Assembly (NCBI GenBank): GCA_043818655.1
Contig: JBDRFO010000027.1
Coordinates: 1 to 38,090 of the forward strand
Length of the DNA: 38,090 nucleotides
Reading direction: 5' to 3'
Source: Chloroflexota bacterium
GTDB lineage: Bacteria; Chloroflexota; Dehalococcoidia; Dehalococcoidales; JAZDNC01
This document shows positions 16,173 to 25,584 of the stretch, in pieces. Under the pieces are notes generated by a model. The model searched no databases. It saw only the letters and a program-made list of their open reading frames with translations, and was not told the origin of the DNA. The stretch's first letter is position 1, and each line of letters opens with the position of its first letter. A program made the translations under genes and the position numbers.

Positions 16173-17807
16173 CTAGAGGGAAAGAGCCAGTGGCGTCTGC
16201 GTTCCTTCCCGTAAGACATCTTTGGCAACACCAATAAAATCGCGAAACAGAGGATTGGGACGACCGGGGCGGGAGCTAAACTCGGGGTGAAACTGGCATG
16301 CCACCATCCACGGGTGCCCGGACAGCTCACAGAGCTCCACCAGCTTGCCATCGGGAGACAGCCCGGCAAACACCATCCCTGCCTTACCCAGGACATCACG
16401 ATACTTATTATTAAACTCCAGACGGTGCCGGTGCCGCTCGTAAACAAGACACGCACCGTAGGCTTTTGCCACACGACTGTCCGGAAGCAGGTGGCACGGG
16501 TAGTTGCCCAGCCTCATCGTCCCGCCCTTATTCTCGATCTTCTTCTGCTCAGGGAGAAGGTCAATCACGGGACAGGGGGTTGCAGCGTTAAACTCTGTGG
16601 AGTTAGCAGCATCGCAGTGAAGCACATGACGGGCAAACTCAATTACCATAACATGCATTCCCAGGCAAAGCCCAAGATAGGGAATCTTATTCTCTCTGGC
16701 ATAGGTGGCGGCCCGTATCATGCCCTCGATCCCCCTGATACCAAAGCCCCCCGGAACCACAATCCCCTGTGCATGACGCAACTGCTGGGTGCCGCCTTCT
16801 TTTTCCAGGTCTTCGGACTGAACCCAGAGCAGATTGATATCCCTGTTATGATACAGGGCGGCATGACGCAGCGCCTCGCGTACCGAGAAATAGGCATCCT
16901 TAAGCTCAACATATTTGCCCACCAGAGCGATGTTGACCGTCTCATGAGGCGTCTTGAGACGTTGCACCAGGTCCTGCCACTGGTTTAAATCCGGGGCACT
17001 CGCTTGAAGACCCAGGTGTTTCACGACAAGCTGTCCCAATCCTGCCTCCTCCAGCATTAACGGCACCTCGTAGATGCTCTCTACTGTCGGCATAGGGATC
17101 ACGGCTTTACCCTCCACATCACAGAAGAGGGATATCTTGTCGCATACCGCCTGCGGGATGGGGTAATCGCTGCGGCAGACGATAATATCAGGTTGGATAC
17201 CCATGCGGCGAAGCTCGTTGACGCTGTGCTGCGTCGGCTTGCTTTTTACCTCCTGTGTTGAGGAGAGATAAGGCAGGAACGTAACATGAACGTAAAGCAC
17301 ATTATCCCTCCCGACATCACTCCTCATCTGCCGGATCGCTTCCAGAAAGGGCTGACCCTCAATATCGCCGACGGTGCCGCCGACCTCAATGATGACGACA
17401 TCAGCCCCGGATTTCTCGGATAGCTTCCTGAACCGCTCTTTTATCTCGTTGGTGACATGGGGCACAACCTGTATCGTCCCCCCCAGAAAATCACCGCGTC
17501 TCTCTTTGGCAATCACCGCACTGTAGATTTGCCCTGCGGTCACATTGGACTCACAGTTGAGGTCAACATCAATAAAGCGCTCATAGTTGCCCAGGTCAAG
17601 GTCTGTCTCAGCGCCATCCTTGGTAACAAAAACCTCGCCGTGCTGGTAAGGAGACATCGTACCCGGGTCAACATTGAGATATGGGTCTAACTTCTGGACG
17701 GAAACACTGATATTGCGACTCTTGAGGAGGGTGCCGATCGAGGCGACAGTGATACCTTTGCCGACAGAACTAACAACACCACCAGTTACAAAAATATATT
17801 TTGGCAT
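16173..17807 (-). CDS. pyrG: CTP synthase
   Basis: The product begins [19 protein letters not shown] and has a C-terminal GATase domain with GLCLGMH. Confidence 0.98.
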   Translation of the reverse strand: MPKYIFVTGGVVSSVGKGITVASIGTLLKSRNISVSVQKLDPYLNVDPGTMSPYQHGEVFVTKDGAETDLDLGNYERFIDVDLNCESNVTAGQIYSAVIAKERRGDFLGGTIQVVPHVTNEIKERFRKLSEKSGADVVIIEVGGTVGDIEGQPFLEAIRQMRSDVGRDNVLYVHVTFLPYLSSTQEVKSKPTQHSVNELRRMGIQPDIIVCRSDYPIPQAVCDKISLFCDVEGKAVIPMPTVESIYEVPLMLEEAGLGQLVVKHLGLQASAPDLNQWQDLVQRLKTPHETVNIALVGKYVELKDAYFSVREALRHAALYHNRDINLLWVQSEDLEKEGGTQQLRHAQGIVVPGGFGIRGIEGMIRAATYARENKIPYLGLCLGMHVMVIEFARHVLHCDAANSTEFNAATPCPVIDLLPEQKKIENKGGTMRLGNYPCHLLPDSRVAKAYGACLVYERHRHRLEFNNKYRDVLGKAGMVFAGLSPDGKLVELCELSGHPWMVACQFHPEFSSRPGRPNPLFRDFIGVAKDVLREGTQTPLALSL

Positions 17808-17886
17808 ACAGGAAAAACCAAAAAACTAGAGTCTCGTGTCAAGGGAAAAGCATTAATATCGTCCGGGGAAGGTTTATTTCTAATGT

Positions 17887-17915
17887 AGTATAGTCATCGG
17901 ATTAATTCTTGTCAA
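17887..17915 (-). promoter_or_regulatory. sigma70-like promoter upstream of pyrG
   Basis: On the minus strand the pattern is TTGACA (17910-17915), a 17-nt spacer, then TATACT (17887-17892). Confidence 0.5.
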
Positions 17916-17950
17916 GTTTTCTTGAAAAGATGATTTTTGCTTGATTGTAA

Positions 17951-18085
17951 TTGGTTTCGAGTGTCATGCTAAGAAGCAAAAGCAACGAAGCATTGACAAA
18001 CATCCGTTCTGTCATTGCGAGCGTCAGCCAAGCAATCCGTCCGCTATGCCGGAATTCAGCAAAACAGTTTCTGAATAGCCTGTAG
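17951..18085. repeat. mosaic: two tandem PE-B arms (17951-17995 degenerate; 18008-18037) followed by a half PE-A copy (18038-18085)
   Basis: The PE-B parts read gtgtcatgctaagaagcaaaagcaacgaagcattg and tctgtcattgcgagcgtcagccaagcaatcc. The PE-A part reads ccggaattcagcaaaacagtttctgaatagcctgtag. Confidence 0.65.
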
Positions 18086-18110
18086 ATTTGTGAAATTATA
18101 CCACTCCCGG

Positions 18111-18139
18111 TTGTCAGGAATAAGTAATACTGTTATACT
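18111..18139 (+). promoter_or_regulatory. sigma70-like promoter immediately upstream of gatB (near-leaderless)
   Basis: The pattern is TTGTCA (18111-18116), a 17-nt spacer, then TATACT (18134-18139). The ATG is at 18149 and there is no SD in the 9 intervening nt. Confidence 0.45.
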
Positions 18140-18148
18140 AGAAAACTG

Positions 18149-19636
18149 ATGAATTTTGAAACGATTATCGGGCTTGAGGTACACGTCCAGCTTTTAACAC
18201 AGAGCAAGATGTTCTGCCGCTGCAGCGCCGACTACGCTCAAGCACAACCAAACACCCATGTCTGCCCGGTTTGCCTTGGGATGCCGGGGGTCTTACCGAC
18301 GATTAATCAAAGGGCGGTAGCATATACCATCATGACGGCGCTGGCGCTTAACTGCAGCGTCTCTTCCTATACGAAATTTGACCGCAAGAACTACCCCTAT
18401 CCCGATTTAATGAAGGGATACCAGATTTCGCAGTACGATGCCCCCATCGGCAAGGGCGGTGCTCTCTCCTTTGAGGTTAAAGACGTGAAGAAGACCGTCG
18501 GCATTACCCGTGTCCACCTGGAAGAAGACGTCGCCAAGCTGATGCACCACACCTCGCCCCTTGAGGAGCATTACAGCCTGGTTGATGTCAACCGCTCCGG
18601 TGTGCCCCTGATGGAGGTTGTCGGGGAACCGGATATGCGTTCCCCGGAGGACGCGCGCCAGTATTTAATGAAGCTGCACAGTATTCTCCAGTACCTGGGC
18701 GTCTCCACCGCCAACATGGATGAAGGCAGCTTCCGCTGTGATGCGAATATCAGCATCCGTCCCGAGGGGTCGGCGGAGTTCATGTCCAAGGTAGAGGTCA
18801 AGAATATGAACAGCTTCCGGGCTGTTTACCGCGCCCTGGAATATGAAGCCCGCAGGCAGCGGGAAGTGGTTGCCGCCGGCGGGAGGATTGCGCAGGAGAC
18901 CAGGGGCTGGATTGAAGAAAAGGGAGAAACCTTTTCCCAGCGCAGCAAGGAATACGCCCATGACTACCGCTACTTCCCGGAACCGGACCTGCCACCCCTC
19001 ATGATCAGCCCCGATTGGGTCGCGGAGATAAAGGCAAAACTGCCCGAATTACCTGAAGCCAGGCGTGACCGCTTTGTTGCAGAGTTCGGGTTGTCCCTCT
19101 ACGATGCCAGCCTGCTTACCGGTTTAAGAGCGACGGCAGACTACTTTGAAGACTGTCTGAAAACTGAAGAAGCGAATCGCCTCCCCGCAGACAGAAGGGC
19201 AAAAGAAGTGGCAAACTGGATGCTGGGCGAGGTAACCCGCATCATTAATGCCGCCGGTATCGAAACCGGTGACTTCCGGGCAAAGGTCAGCCCGGAGAGC
19301 CTCTGCGCCCTTATCCTGGCATCTCACGGCACCATCAACAACACGACCGCCAAATCGGTGCTTGAAGAGATGTTCCGCAGCGGGCACAGCGCCGAAAGCA
19401 TTATCCGTGAGCGCGGGCTGGGGCAAATCGGCAGTGCGGAAGAGCTGGAAAAGGTGGCAACTAAGATAATTACGGATAACCCGCAAGCCGTTGCCGACTA
19501 TCAGGCAGGAAAAGAAACCGCCATCAAGTTCCTGGTGGGACAGGTGATGAAAGCCACCAAAGGCAGGGCTGATCCCAAGCTTTCCGCGTCGCTGCTGGTG
19601 AAAACACTGACCGAGAAGTCTTCAAAGGAAGGGTAA
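18149..19636 (+). CDS. gatB: Asp/Glu-tRNA(Asn/Gln) amidotransferase subunit B
   Basis: The product begins MNFETIIGLEVHVQL...CPVCLGMPGVLP and has a C-terminal YqeY-like tail. Confidence 0.97.
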   Translation: MNFETIIGLEVHVQLLTQSKMFCRCSADYAQAQPNTHVCPVCLGMPGVLPTINQRAVAYTIMTALALNCSVSSYTKFDRKNYPYPDLMKGYQISQYDAPIGKGGALSFEVKDVKKTVGITRVHLEEDVAKLMHHTSPLEEHYSLVDVNRSGVPLMEVVGEPDMRSPEDARQYLMKLHSILQYLGVSTANMDEGSFRCDANISIRPEGSAEFMSKVEVKNMNSFRAVYRALEYEARRQREVVAAGGRIAQETRGWIEEKGETFSQRSKEYAHDYRYFPEPDLPPLMISPDWVAEIKAKLPELPEARRDRFVAEFGLSLYDASLLTGLRATADYFEDCLKTEEANRLPADRRAKEVANWMLGEVTRIINAAGIETGDFRAKVSPESLCALILASHGTINNTTAKSVLEEMFRSGHSAESIIRERGLGQIGSAEELEKVATKIITDNPQAVADYQAGKETAIKFLVGQVMKATKGRADPKLSASLLVKTLTEKSSKEG

Positions 19637-19638
19637 AG

Positions 19639-19857
19639 ATGCAAACCTATCTTAATATCGCGCTGATCATCCTGGCCGTCACCCTGATAATATCTGTCCT
19701 GCTTCAGGCCAAGGGTGGGGGGCTGGGCGGGATTTTTGGGGGATCCGGCGCTGTCTTTCGTACCAAGCGGGGCATTGAAAAGACCCTGTTCCAGCTGACC
19801 ATTGTCCTGGCAGTCCTGTTCCTTTTTATCTCCCTGCTCGTACTAAAATTCGCTTAG
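19639..19857 (+). CDS. secG: preprotein translocase subunit SecG
   Basis: The 72-aa product has two TM segments and the Gly-rich loop QAKGGGLGGIFGGSG. It starts 3 nt after gatB. Confidence 0.85.
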   Translation: MQTYLNIALIILAVTLIISVLLQAKGGGLGGIFGGSGAVFRTKRGIEKTLFQLTIVLAVLFLFISLLVLKFA

Positions 19858-19879
19858 TCCGGGTAAGCGGAGGGCGGAC

Positions 19880-19996
19880 ATGAGCGGCATTATTACCCTG
19901 ACGACCGATTTCGGTCTTGCTGACGGCTACGTGGCATCCATGAAGAGTGTTATTTTTGTTTCCAGACCGTTCCCGCCGGTGTATCCTCAAGGGTAA
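19880..19996 (+). pseudogene. 5' remnant of a DUF62 / SAM hydroxide adenosyltransferase-family gene, truncated at the cysS 3' end
   Basis: [25 protein letters not shown] matches the family N-terminus (..LTTDFGL.D.YVG.MKGVI). Homology stops at about 19954, and the remaining 13 codons are antisense of the cysS C-terminus. Confidence 0.6.
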
Positions 19997-21311
19997 TGCC
20001 AATCTCTACCAATTTTTGCCTGATGCTGTCGGCAAGCTGATACTGCTTTGCCCCCCTCAGCTCCCGGCGGATGGTAATGAGAAGCTCGATAAAAGGCGCA
20101 ACATCATGCGACTTCTCCGGCTCTTTAAGCGTCAGCCCCAGCACCCCGGCAAGCTCCGACAGTGTCTCCCGTGCCGCCGCCGTATCCAGACCTTCGGCAT
20201 CGGCACGGTTAATCTCATGACCCAGGTCAAAGAGGACAGAGAGCGCCTGCGCCGTATTGAAATCATCATCCATCGCCCTGATGAACTGCGCCCGGTAAGG
20301 CTCAGGGTCAAGCTTCCCCGCAGTCCTGTTTTCAACACCGCGGCTGGCAAGCGCCTGGCGGAGCCTTCTTGCCCCGGCTTCCGCCGCCTGCTGTGCCTCT
20401 TCCGAGTAGGTCAGCGGGCTGCGGTAATGAGAACCCAGGATAAAGATGCGGATGGCATCAGCGCTGTATTTGCTCAGGGCATCCCGGATCGTAATCAGGT
20501 TGCCCAGGGATTTGCTCATCTTCTCGCCGCCAAGCTGCAACAGCCCGTTATGCATCCAGTAGCGCGCAAAGGGCTTCATCCCGGTATAGCTCTCCGACTG
20601 GGCAATCTCGTTTTCATGGTGGGGGAAGACGAGGTCCTGCCCGCCGCCGTGGATATCAATCATGCTCCCAAGATACCTGAGGGACATCGCACTGCACTCA
20701 ATATGCCAGCCGGGACGCCCCTTTCCCCAGGGGCTCTCCCAGAATGGTTCTTCCGGCTTTGCCGCCTTCCACAGGGCAAAATCCATGGGGTATTCCTTCT
20801 CCTCCCCCGGCTCAATACGGGCACCCGCCATCATGGTATCAAGACTGCGGTGCGACAGCTTGCCGTAGTCCGAAACACGCCGCACCCGGAAATAGACGCT
20901 GCCGCCGGCGGCATAAGCAAAACCCTTATCAATCAGTCCCGATATTACCTCAATGATATTGTCTATCTCACCGGTAGCTCGCGGGTAGACGTCCGCCCTG
21001 AGGACATTCAGGGCATCCATATCTTCGAAAAAGCCCTCCGTATACTTTCCGGCAAGCACTGCAGCAGAGATACCAAGGCTTTTTGCCCGGTTGATGATCT
21101 TATCGTCAATATCGGTAAAGTTCTGCACAAACCTTACCTTATAGCCGCGAAAGGCGAGGTAGCGTCTGACGGCATCAAAGATGATGTAGCTCATGGCGTG
21201 CCCGATATGAGACGTGTCATAGGGGGTAACGCCGCAGACATACATCCTGACCTCACTGCCTTCGGGTAAAAACTCCTCTTTCTGTCCGGATAGCGTATTG
21301 TATACCTTCAA
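19950..21311 (-). CDS. cysS: cysteine--tRNA ligase
   Basis: The HIGH motif (HIGHA) and the KMSKS motif are present. A TTG start overlaps the cysE stop (TTGA). Confidence 0.97.
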   Translation of the reverse strand: MKVYNTLSGQKEEFLPEGSEVRMYVCGVTPYDTSHIGHAMSYIIFDAVRRYLAFRGYKVRFVQNFTDIDDKIINRAKSLGISAAVLAGKYTEGFFEDMDALNVLRADVYPRATGEIDNIIEVISGLIDKGFAYAAGGSVYFRVRRVSDYGKLSHRSLDTMMAGARIEPGEEKEYPMDFALWKAAKPEEPFWESPWGKGRPGWHIECSAMSLRYLGSMIDIHGGGQDLVFPHHENEIAQSESYTGMKPFARYWMHNGLLQLGGEKMSKSLGNLITIRDALSKYSADAIRIFILGSHYRSPLTYSEEAQQAAEAGARRLRQALASRGVENRTAGKLDPEPYRAQFIRAMDDDFNTAQALSVLFDLGHEINRADAEGLDTAAARETLSELAGVLGLTLKEPEKSHDVAPFIELLITIRRELRGAKQYQLADSIRQKLVEIGITLEDTPAGTVWKQK

Positions 21312-21949
21312 TTCTTTTTTCCTTCCCTGACCCTGAGCCGCTCCTCAAGCTCACCCAGGCGTTTCTCCAGTTTTTCCAGTCTCTCCCCGACGGGGTCAGG
21401 CAGACTCTCGATATTTGCGGTGTCCGGATTCCGGATAGCCACCACCCGTCCCGGCACACCCACCACGGTGGCATGCGGGGGCACATCGTTAATGACCACC
21501 GAGCCAGCCCCGACCTTGCTGTCATCGCCGATGGTAATCGCCCCGATTATCTGCGAGCCGGCACCCACCACCACATTATTGCCCAGGGTGGGATGACGCT
21601 TCACCCGCTGGTGACTGGTGCCTCCCAGTGTTACCCCCTGGTAGAGGACACAGTCATCTCCTATCTCTGTCGTCTCTCCCATCACCACACCCATCCCGTG
21701 GTCGATAAAAAGACCTTCGCCAATCTTCACCCCGGGATGAATCTCAATACCGGTAAAGAAACGGCCCAGGTTAGAGATAAGGCGCGGGACAACAGGGATA
21801 TGCCACCGAAACAGCGTATGGGCTAACCGATGAAACTGACGGGCATGAAAACCGGGGTAGGCAAGCAAGATTTCGATGGTACTGACAGCTGCCGGATCAT
21901 GATCAAAGGCAGCCTGAATATCTCTCCTGATGCTCCCGATAAGTGACAT
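21308..21949 (-). CDS. cysE: serine O-acetyltransferase
   Basis: The product has a hexapeptide-repeat LbH domain and the N-terminal [16 protein letters not shown] region. Confidence 0.93.
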   Translation of the reverse strand: MSLIGSIRRDIQAAFDHDPAAVSTIEILLAYPGFHARQFHRLAHTLFRWHIPVVPRLISNLGRFFTGIEIHPGVKIGEGLFIDHGMGVVMGETTEIGDDCVLYQGVTLGGTSHQRVKRHPTLGNNVVVGAGSQIIGAITIGDDSKVGAGSVVINDVPPHATVVGVPGRVVAIRNPDTANIESLPDPVGERLEKLEKRLGELEERLRVREGKKN

Positions 21950-21973
21950 CGTAAAAAAACCTCCTTTCCCAGA

Positions 21974-22055
21974 CTACAGGCAATCCGGAAACCTTATTCT
22001 GAAACAGGGACAACCCCTATTCCACATCAGAATAAATAGTTTCAGGATGGCTTTC
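21974..22055 (+). repeat. PE-A element (first of two tandem copies in the cysE-ispF spacer)
   Basis: The copy reads ctacaggcaatccggaaaccttattctgaaacaggg...aatagtttcaggatggctttc. Confidence 0.65.
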
Positions 22056-22131
22056 AGGCACCCATCCTGGTTGCCCCGCTATAATCGGGGCAGCGAACAG
22101 ATGCAATGCCACATCCGGAAAAGACAGGTTT

Positions 22132-22212
22132 TACAGGCTATCCAGAAACTGTTTTTCCGAACCGGGCGCCTCATCTGCCCCACCCCGGCATGTTGAGTTT
22201 CTGGATGGCTTC
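22132..22212 (+). repeat. PE-A element (second tandem copy)
   Basis: The copy reads tacaggctatccagaaactgtttttccgaaccggg...gttgagtttctggatggcttc. Confidence 0.7.
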
Positions 22213-22248
22213 TCATATTTACCACGAAAGAATACCCTGACACTGAAG

Positions 22249-22737
22249 CTACACCTGCGATAAAGAATCTTTTTCGATCAAAGCCACTGCATGGACGGCG
22301 ATACCCTCCCCACGGATACCAACACCAAGGCTATTTGAGCTGCTGGCCTTGATGTTCACCTGCCCTATAGGAATATCCAGGGTAGCAGACAGATTCTGCC
22401 TCATGCCAGCAAAAAAATCCGCCAGATGCGGTTGCTCTGCAATCATGGTAGCATCAATATTGACCACTTTCCAGTGACCTTCTGCCAGCTTCTCTTTCAC
22501 CATCCCAAGCAGGACAAGACTGCGGATACCACGGTACTGCGCTTCGCCGGGCGGGAAATGAGTCCCGATATCACCCAGCGCGGCTGCCCCCAGCAGGGCG
22601 TCAATCACGGCATGGGTCAGGGTATCACCATCACTCCAGCCCTCAAGTCCCCGGTCAAAAGGGACAGTGACCCCTCCCAGCACCAGCGGATGCCCCGTTG
22701 CCAGAGGGTGGATGTCATAACCGATACCAATACGCAT
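22249..22737 (-). CDS. ispF: 2-C-methyl-D-erythritol 2,4-cyclodiphosphate synthase
   Basis: The product begins MRIGIGYDIHPL and contains ...SDGDTLTHAVIDALLGA. The ATG is at 22735-22737, 2 nt after the ispD stop. The track start at 22764 would overlap ispD. Confidence 0.95.
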   Translation of the reverse strand: MRIGIGYDIHPLATGHPLVLGGVTVPFDRGLEGWSDGDTLTHAVIDALLGAAALGDIGTHFPPGEAQYRGIRSLVLLGMVKEKLAEGHWKVVNIDATMIAEQPHLADFFAGMRQNLSATLDIPIGQVNIKASSSNSLGVGIRGEGIAVHAVALIEKDSLSQV

Positions 22738-22739
22738 GA

Positions 22740-23429
22740 CTACTTCTTTAACCGCCCCTGCCACAGCGCCTCTGCGATAACCAGGTCATCAGACGTGGTT
22801 ATCTTGATATTATCATAATCACCCATGTAAAGCCTGACCGGTAAGCCAAGCTTTTCCACAAGCTGGGCATCATCAGTAACCTCTTCTTTTATCTCCTTAT
22901 AGGCTCTTTCGATTATATCAAATTTGAATACCTGAGGGGTCTGCACCGCCCATAATTTAGAGCGAAGTGGTGTCTCCCTGACGAGCATGTCTTCCCCGGC
23001 TATCTTGATGGTATCGGTAACGGGGGCAGCGGCAACGGCGGCACCAAAAGCCTTAGCCTGAGTCAACCCCCGACGAATCAAGCGCTCCGTTACCAGAGGT
23101 CTGGCGGCATCATGAATGACAACCCACCCGCAGTCATCAAGCCATTTAAGTCCAGAGGCGACTGAGTCCTGACGGCGGTTGCCACCGGCATAGATACCGC
23201 TCACCTTTGTCCAGCCTTCTGTTTCCGCCATTTCCTGCCCCAGACCGATATTTGCTTTGGACAAGACAATCACAATCTGATTGATGCTCTCACAGGCTTC
23301 AAAGACGCCAACTACCTGTGCCAGAATCGGCTTATCCCCCAAAAGGGTCAGAATTTTGTCAACGCCGCCCATACGCCGGCTCTCACCGGCAGCGACAATA
23401 ACGGCACCTACTTTATTGTTACTAACCAT
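22740..23429 (-). CDS. ispD: 2-C-methyl-D-erythritol 4-phosphate cytidylyltransferase
   Basis: The product contains AVIVAAGESRRMG...DAARP... Confidence 0.95.
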   Translation of the reverse strand: MVSNNKVGAVIVAAGESRRMGGVDKILTLLGDKPILAQVVGVFEACESINQIVIVLSKANIGLGQEMAETEGWTKVSGIYAGGNRRQDSVASGLKWLDDCGWVVIHDAARPLVTERLIRRGLTQAKAFGAAVAAAPVTDTIKIAGEDMLVRETPLRSKLWAVQTPQVFKFDIIERAYKEIKEEVTDDAQLVEKLGLPVRLYMGDYDNIKITTSDDLVIAEALWQGRLKK

Positions 23430-23515
23430 TTTAGTCTATACGATTATAAGACAAAAGCACTCATAATATCTACTGCGCACAATCCTGGAACTTTTTCTCA
23501 GCAGTGCAAATCTTC

Positions 23516-23524
23516 TGCTATAAT
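23516..23524 (+). promoter_or_regulatory. extended -10 promoter (TGcTATAAT) upstream of the flavodoxin-like gene
   Basis: TGCTATAAT occupies 23516-23524, and an AAGGAGG RBS lies at 23542-23548. Confidence 0.4.
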
Positions 23525-23557
23525 GACAGGTAATGAGATACAAGGAGGTAGCTCGCG

Positions 23558-23968
23558 ATGTACGAGGTTATCTACTTCTCACAGGCCGGTAAGACAAAGC
23601 GGGTCGCCGAGGCGATTGCTCAGGAGCTTGGCGCCGTCGCGGAAAACGTGAAAACGAAGAAGGAGCCAAGCAAAGACGCCTTTCTTTTCCTGGGTTCCGG
23701 CTGCTACGGCGGCAAACCGGGCAAAGCGCTTCTGGAATTTATCCAGAGAAATGATTTCAGCGGCAGAGAGGTCGCCCTCTTTGGCACCTCGGGCGGTCCG
23801 GAAGGCACAGAAATAACGGTAATGGAGGAAGCCCTGACCGGCAAGGGGGCACAGATAACGGGTAAATTCTGGTGCCAGGGTAAATTTCTCTTCATGAACC
23901 GCAAGCACCCGGATGCTGCCGACCTGGAAAACGCCAGAAAATTTGCAAGGGAGATGAAGAAGGGTTAA
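23558..23968 (+). CDS. flavodoxin-family protein (short-chain)
   Basis: The product begins VIYFSQAGKTKRVAEAIAQEL and contains ..FLGSGCYGGKP.. Its stop TAA and the radA stop share the palindrome TTAA (23965-23968). Confidence 0.8.
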   Translation: MYEVIYFSQAGKTKRVAEAIAQELGAVAENVKTKKEPSKDAFLFLGSGCYGGKPGKALLEFIQRNDFSGREVALFGTSGGPEGTEITVMEEALTGKGAQITGKFWCQGKFLFMNRKHPDAADLENARKFAREMKKG

Positions 23969-25344
23969 GACTCGCCCCACACCAGCCGGATCGCCTCCCG
24001 GAGACTTCTTGCCGGCAGAAGCTTCATATCATTTCCGTGCATGGTAAGGTTTCTTGCACCGGATTCAGGGATGAGACAGCGTTGGAAGCCCATTCTGGCT
24101 GCCTCGCTCAGCCGCCGCTCCAGCTGGGGAACCGCCCTCAGCTCACCGCTCAAGCCCACCTCACCCATCGCTACCAGTCCCGGCGGCGCCGGCATATCAC
24201 GAAAGCTGGAAACAATGGCAAGGGCAATGCCCAGATCGGCAGCCGGTTCCCGTACCCTCAGCCCACCGGTGGCATTAACCATGACATCCTGGTTACCCAG
24301 CTTGAAGCCAACCCTCCGGGAAAGCACCGCCGTAATCAGGAGAAGCCTGCCGAAGTCAAGACCGCTTACCGTGCGCCGCGGCAGACCGAAGCTGGTGGGA
24401 TTGGTCAGTGCCTGTATCTCGACCATCAGGGGACGGTTGCCCTCAAGAACGGGCACGACCATCGAGCCGATCGCCCCCTCCCGCCGCTCGGCGAGAAAAA
24501 CCTCCGATGGGTTAGCCACCTCGACGAGTCCCTGCGTCTTCATCTCAAAAACCCCGACCTCGCTGGTGGTACCAAAGCGGTTTTTCACCGAGCGCAGCAG
24601 CCGGTAGGCGCTAAAAGACTCACCCTCAAGGTAAAGAACGACATCAACAATATGCTCCAGCACCCTGGGCCCGGCAATCGCCCCTTCCTTGGTAACATGC
24701 CCGGCAATGAGAATGGGCACATCGGAGAGCTTTGCCTGCCGCATCAGTCTCAGGGTACAGTTGCGCACCTGGCTGATACTGCCCGGCGCCGCATCCAGAT
24801 CGGGAAGATAAACCGACTGAATTGAGTCAACGATGGCAAGGCGGGGTTCAAGCTGCTCGATCTGCTGTAAAATCGCATCGAGGTCAGATTCAGAGAAGAG
24901 ATAGAGTCCTTCTCCTTTTACCTGAAGACGGCTTGCCCGGAGTTTAATCTGACGCTTTGTTTCCTCTCCGGAGACATAAAGCACCTTTCCTTCCGGCCCG
25001 GACATTAAGGCGGCAATTTGAAGAAGCAGGGTCGACTTGCCGATGCCCGGGTCTCCGCCGATAAGCACCAGAGAACCCGGTACCAGTCCGCCGCCAAGCA
25101 CCCGGTTCAGCTCAGGCAAGGGCAGAGAAAAGCGCTCCTGACTGCGGACTTCGATCAGGGGAAGCTCCTGCGGCGGGTTGATGACAGAGGCTCTCGGCTT
25201 TGGCGATGTCTCTCTGGTTACCACCTTCTCAACAAAGGTATTCCACTCCTGACAGCCGGGACAGCGTCCCATCCAGTAAGGGCTTTCCCGCCCGCACTCA
25301 CGGCAAATATAGACGGTTCGATCACGAGGTCTGTCTTTCGGCAT
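23965..25344 (-). CDS. radA: DNA repair protein RadA/Sms
   Basis: An N-terminal Zn ribbon (CRECG...CPGCQEWNT), the Walker A motif GDPGIGKST, the KNRFG motif, and a Lon-like C-terminal domain are present. Confidence 0.97.
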   Translation of the reverse strand: MPKDRPRDRTVYICRECGRESPYWMGRCPGCQEWNTFVEKVVTRETSPKPRASVINPPQELPLIEVRSQERFSLPLPELNRVLGGGLVPGSLVLIGGDPGIGKSTLLLQIAALMSGPEGKVLYVSGEETKRQIKLRASRLQVKGEGLYLFSESDLDAILQQIEQLEPRLAIVDSIQSVYLPDLDAAPGSISQVRNCTLRLMRQAKLSDVPILIAGHVTKEGAIAGPRVLEHIVDVVLYLEGESFSAYRLLRSVKNRFGTTSEVGVFEMKTQGLVEVANPSEVFLAERREGAIGSMVVPVLEGNRPLMVEIQALTNPTSFGLPRRTVSGLDFGRLLLITAVLSRRVGFKLGNQDVMVNATGGLRVREPAADLGIALAIVSSFRDMPAPPGLVAMGEVGLSGELRAVPQLERRLSEAARMGFQRCLIPESGARNLTMHGNDMKLLPARSLREAIRLVWGES

Positions 25345-25392
25345 AGGTTGACTTTATCCTATTTGGACAGAATCGTCAAGGAATATGAGGCC

Positions 25393-25476
25393 TGTCATTG
25401 CGAGCGTAAGCGAAGCAATCTGTCCACTTCCCCGGATTTTACGGATTGCGTCGTCGCTGCCACTCCTCAGAGTGAC
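25393..25476. repeat. PE-B hairpin element, compact intact copy
   Basis: The arms are tgtcattgcgagcgtaagcgaagcaatc and ggattgcgtcgtcgctgccactcctcagagtgaca, separated by a 22-nt spacer. Confidence 0.8.
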
Positions 25477-25501
25477 AGTATGAGTTATCTTTTCCTTTTT
25501 C

Positions 25502-25577
25502 GAAGTCATCCGGACACTGATGTCTCCCGAACCTGAGCAGGTCACGCACGCCATCTCAGCAAAATTCCGGAGACTTC
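25502..25577. repeat. PE-A element, copy with both ends of the GAAGTCATCCGG type
   Basis: The copy reads gaagtcatccggacactgatgtctcccgaacctgagcaggtcacgcacgccatctcagcaaaattccggagacttc. Confidence 0.65.
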
Positions 25578-25584
25578 CAAGCCC

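Noticed and set aside
19947-21269. 440-aa ORF on the plus strand, fully antisense to cysS
   Set aside because: It is in the codon-aligned antisense frame (19947 = 19950 - 3). In that frame, stops can arise only from sense TTA, CTA or TCA codons, which this genome evidently avoids. The product is Arg/Pro/Leu-rich low-complexity sequence with no RBS. cysS itself is unambiguous.
23965-23968. Convergent flavodoxin and radA genes sharing the palindrome TTAA as both stop codons, and a 4-nt gap between the convergent HI0933-like and maf genes (9439-9442)
   Set aside because: This is real but simply reflects genome compaction. There is no evidence of regulatory significance.
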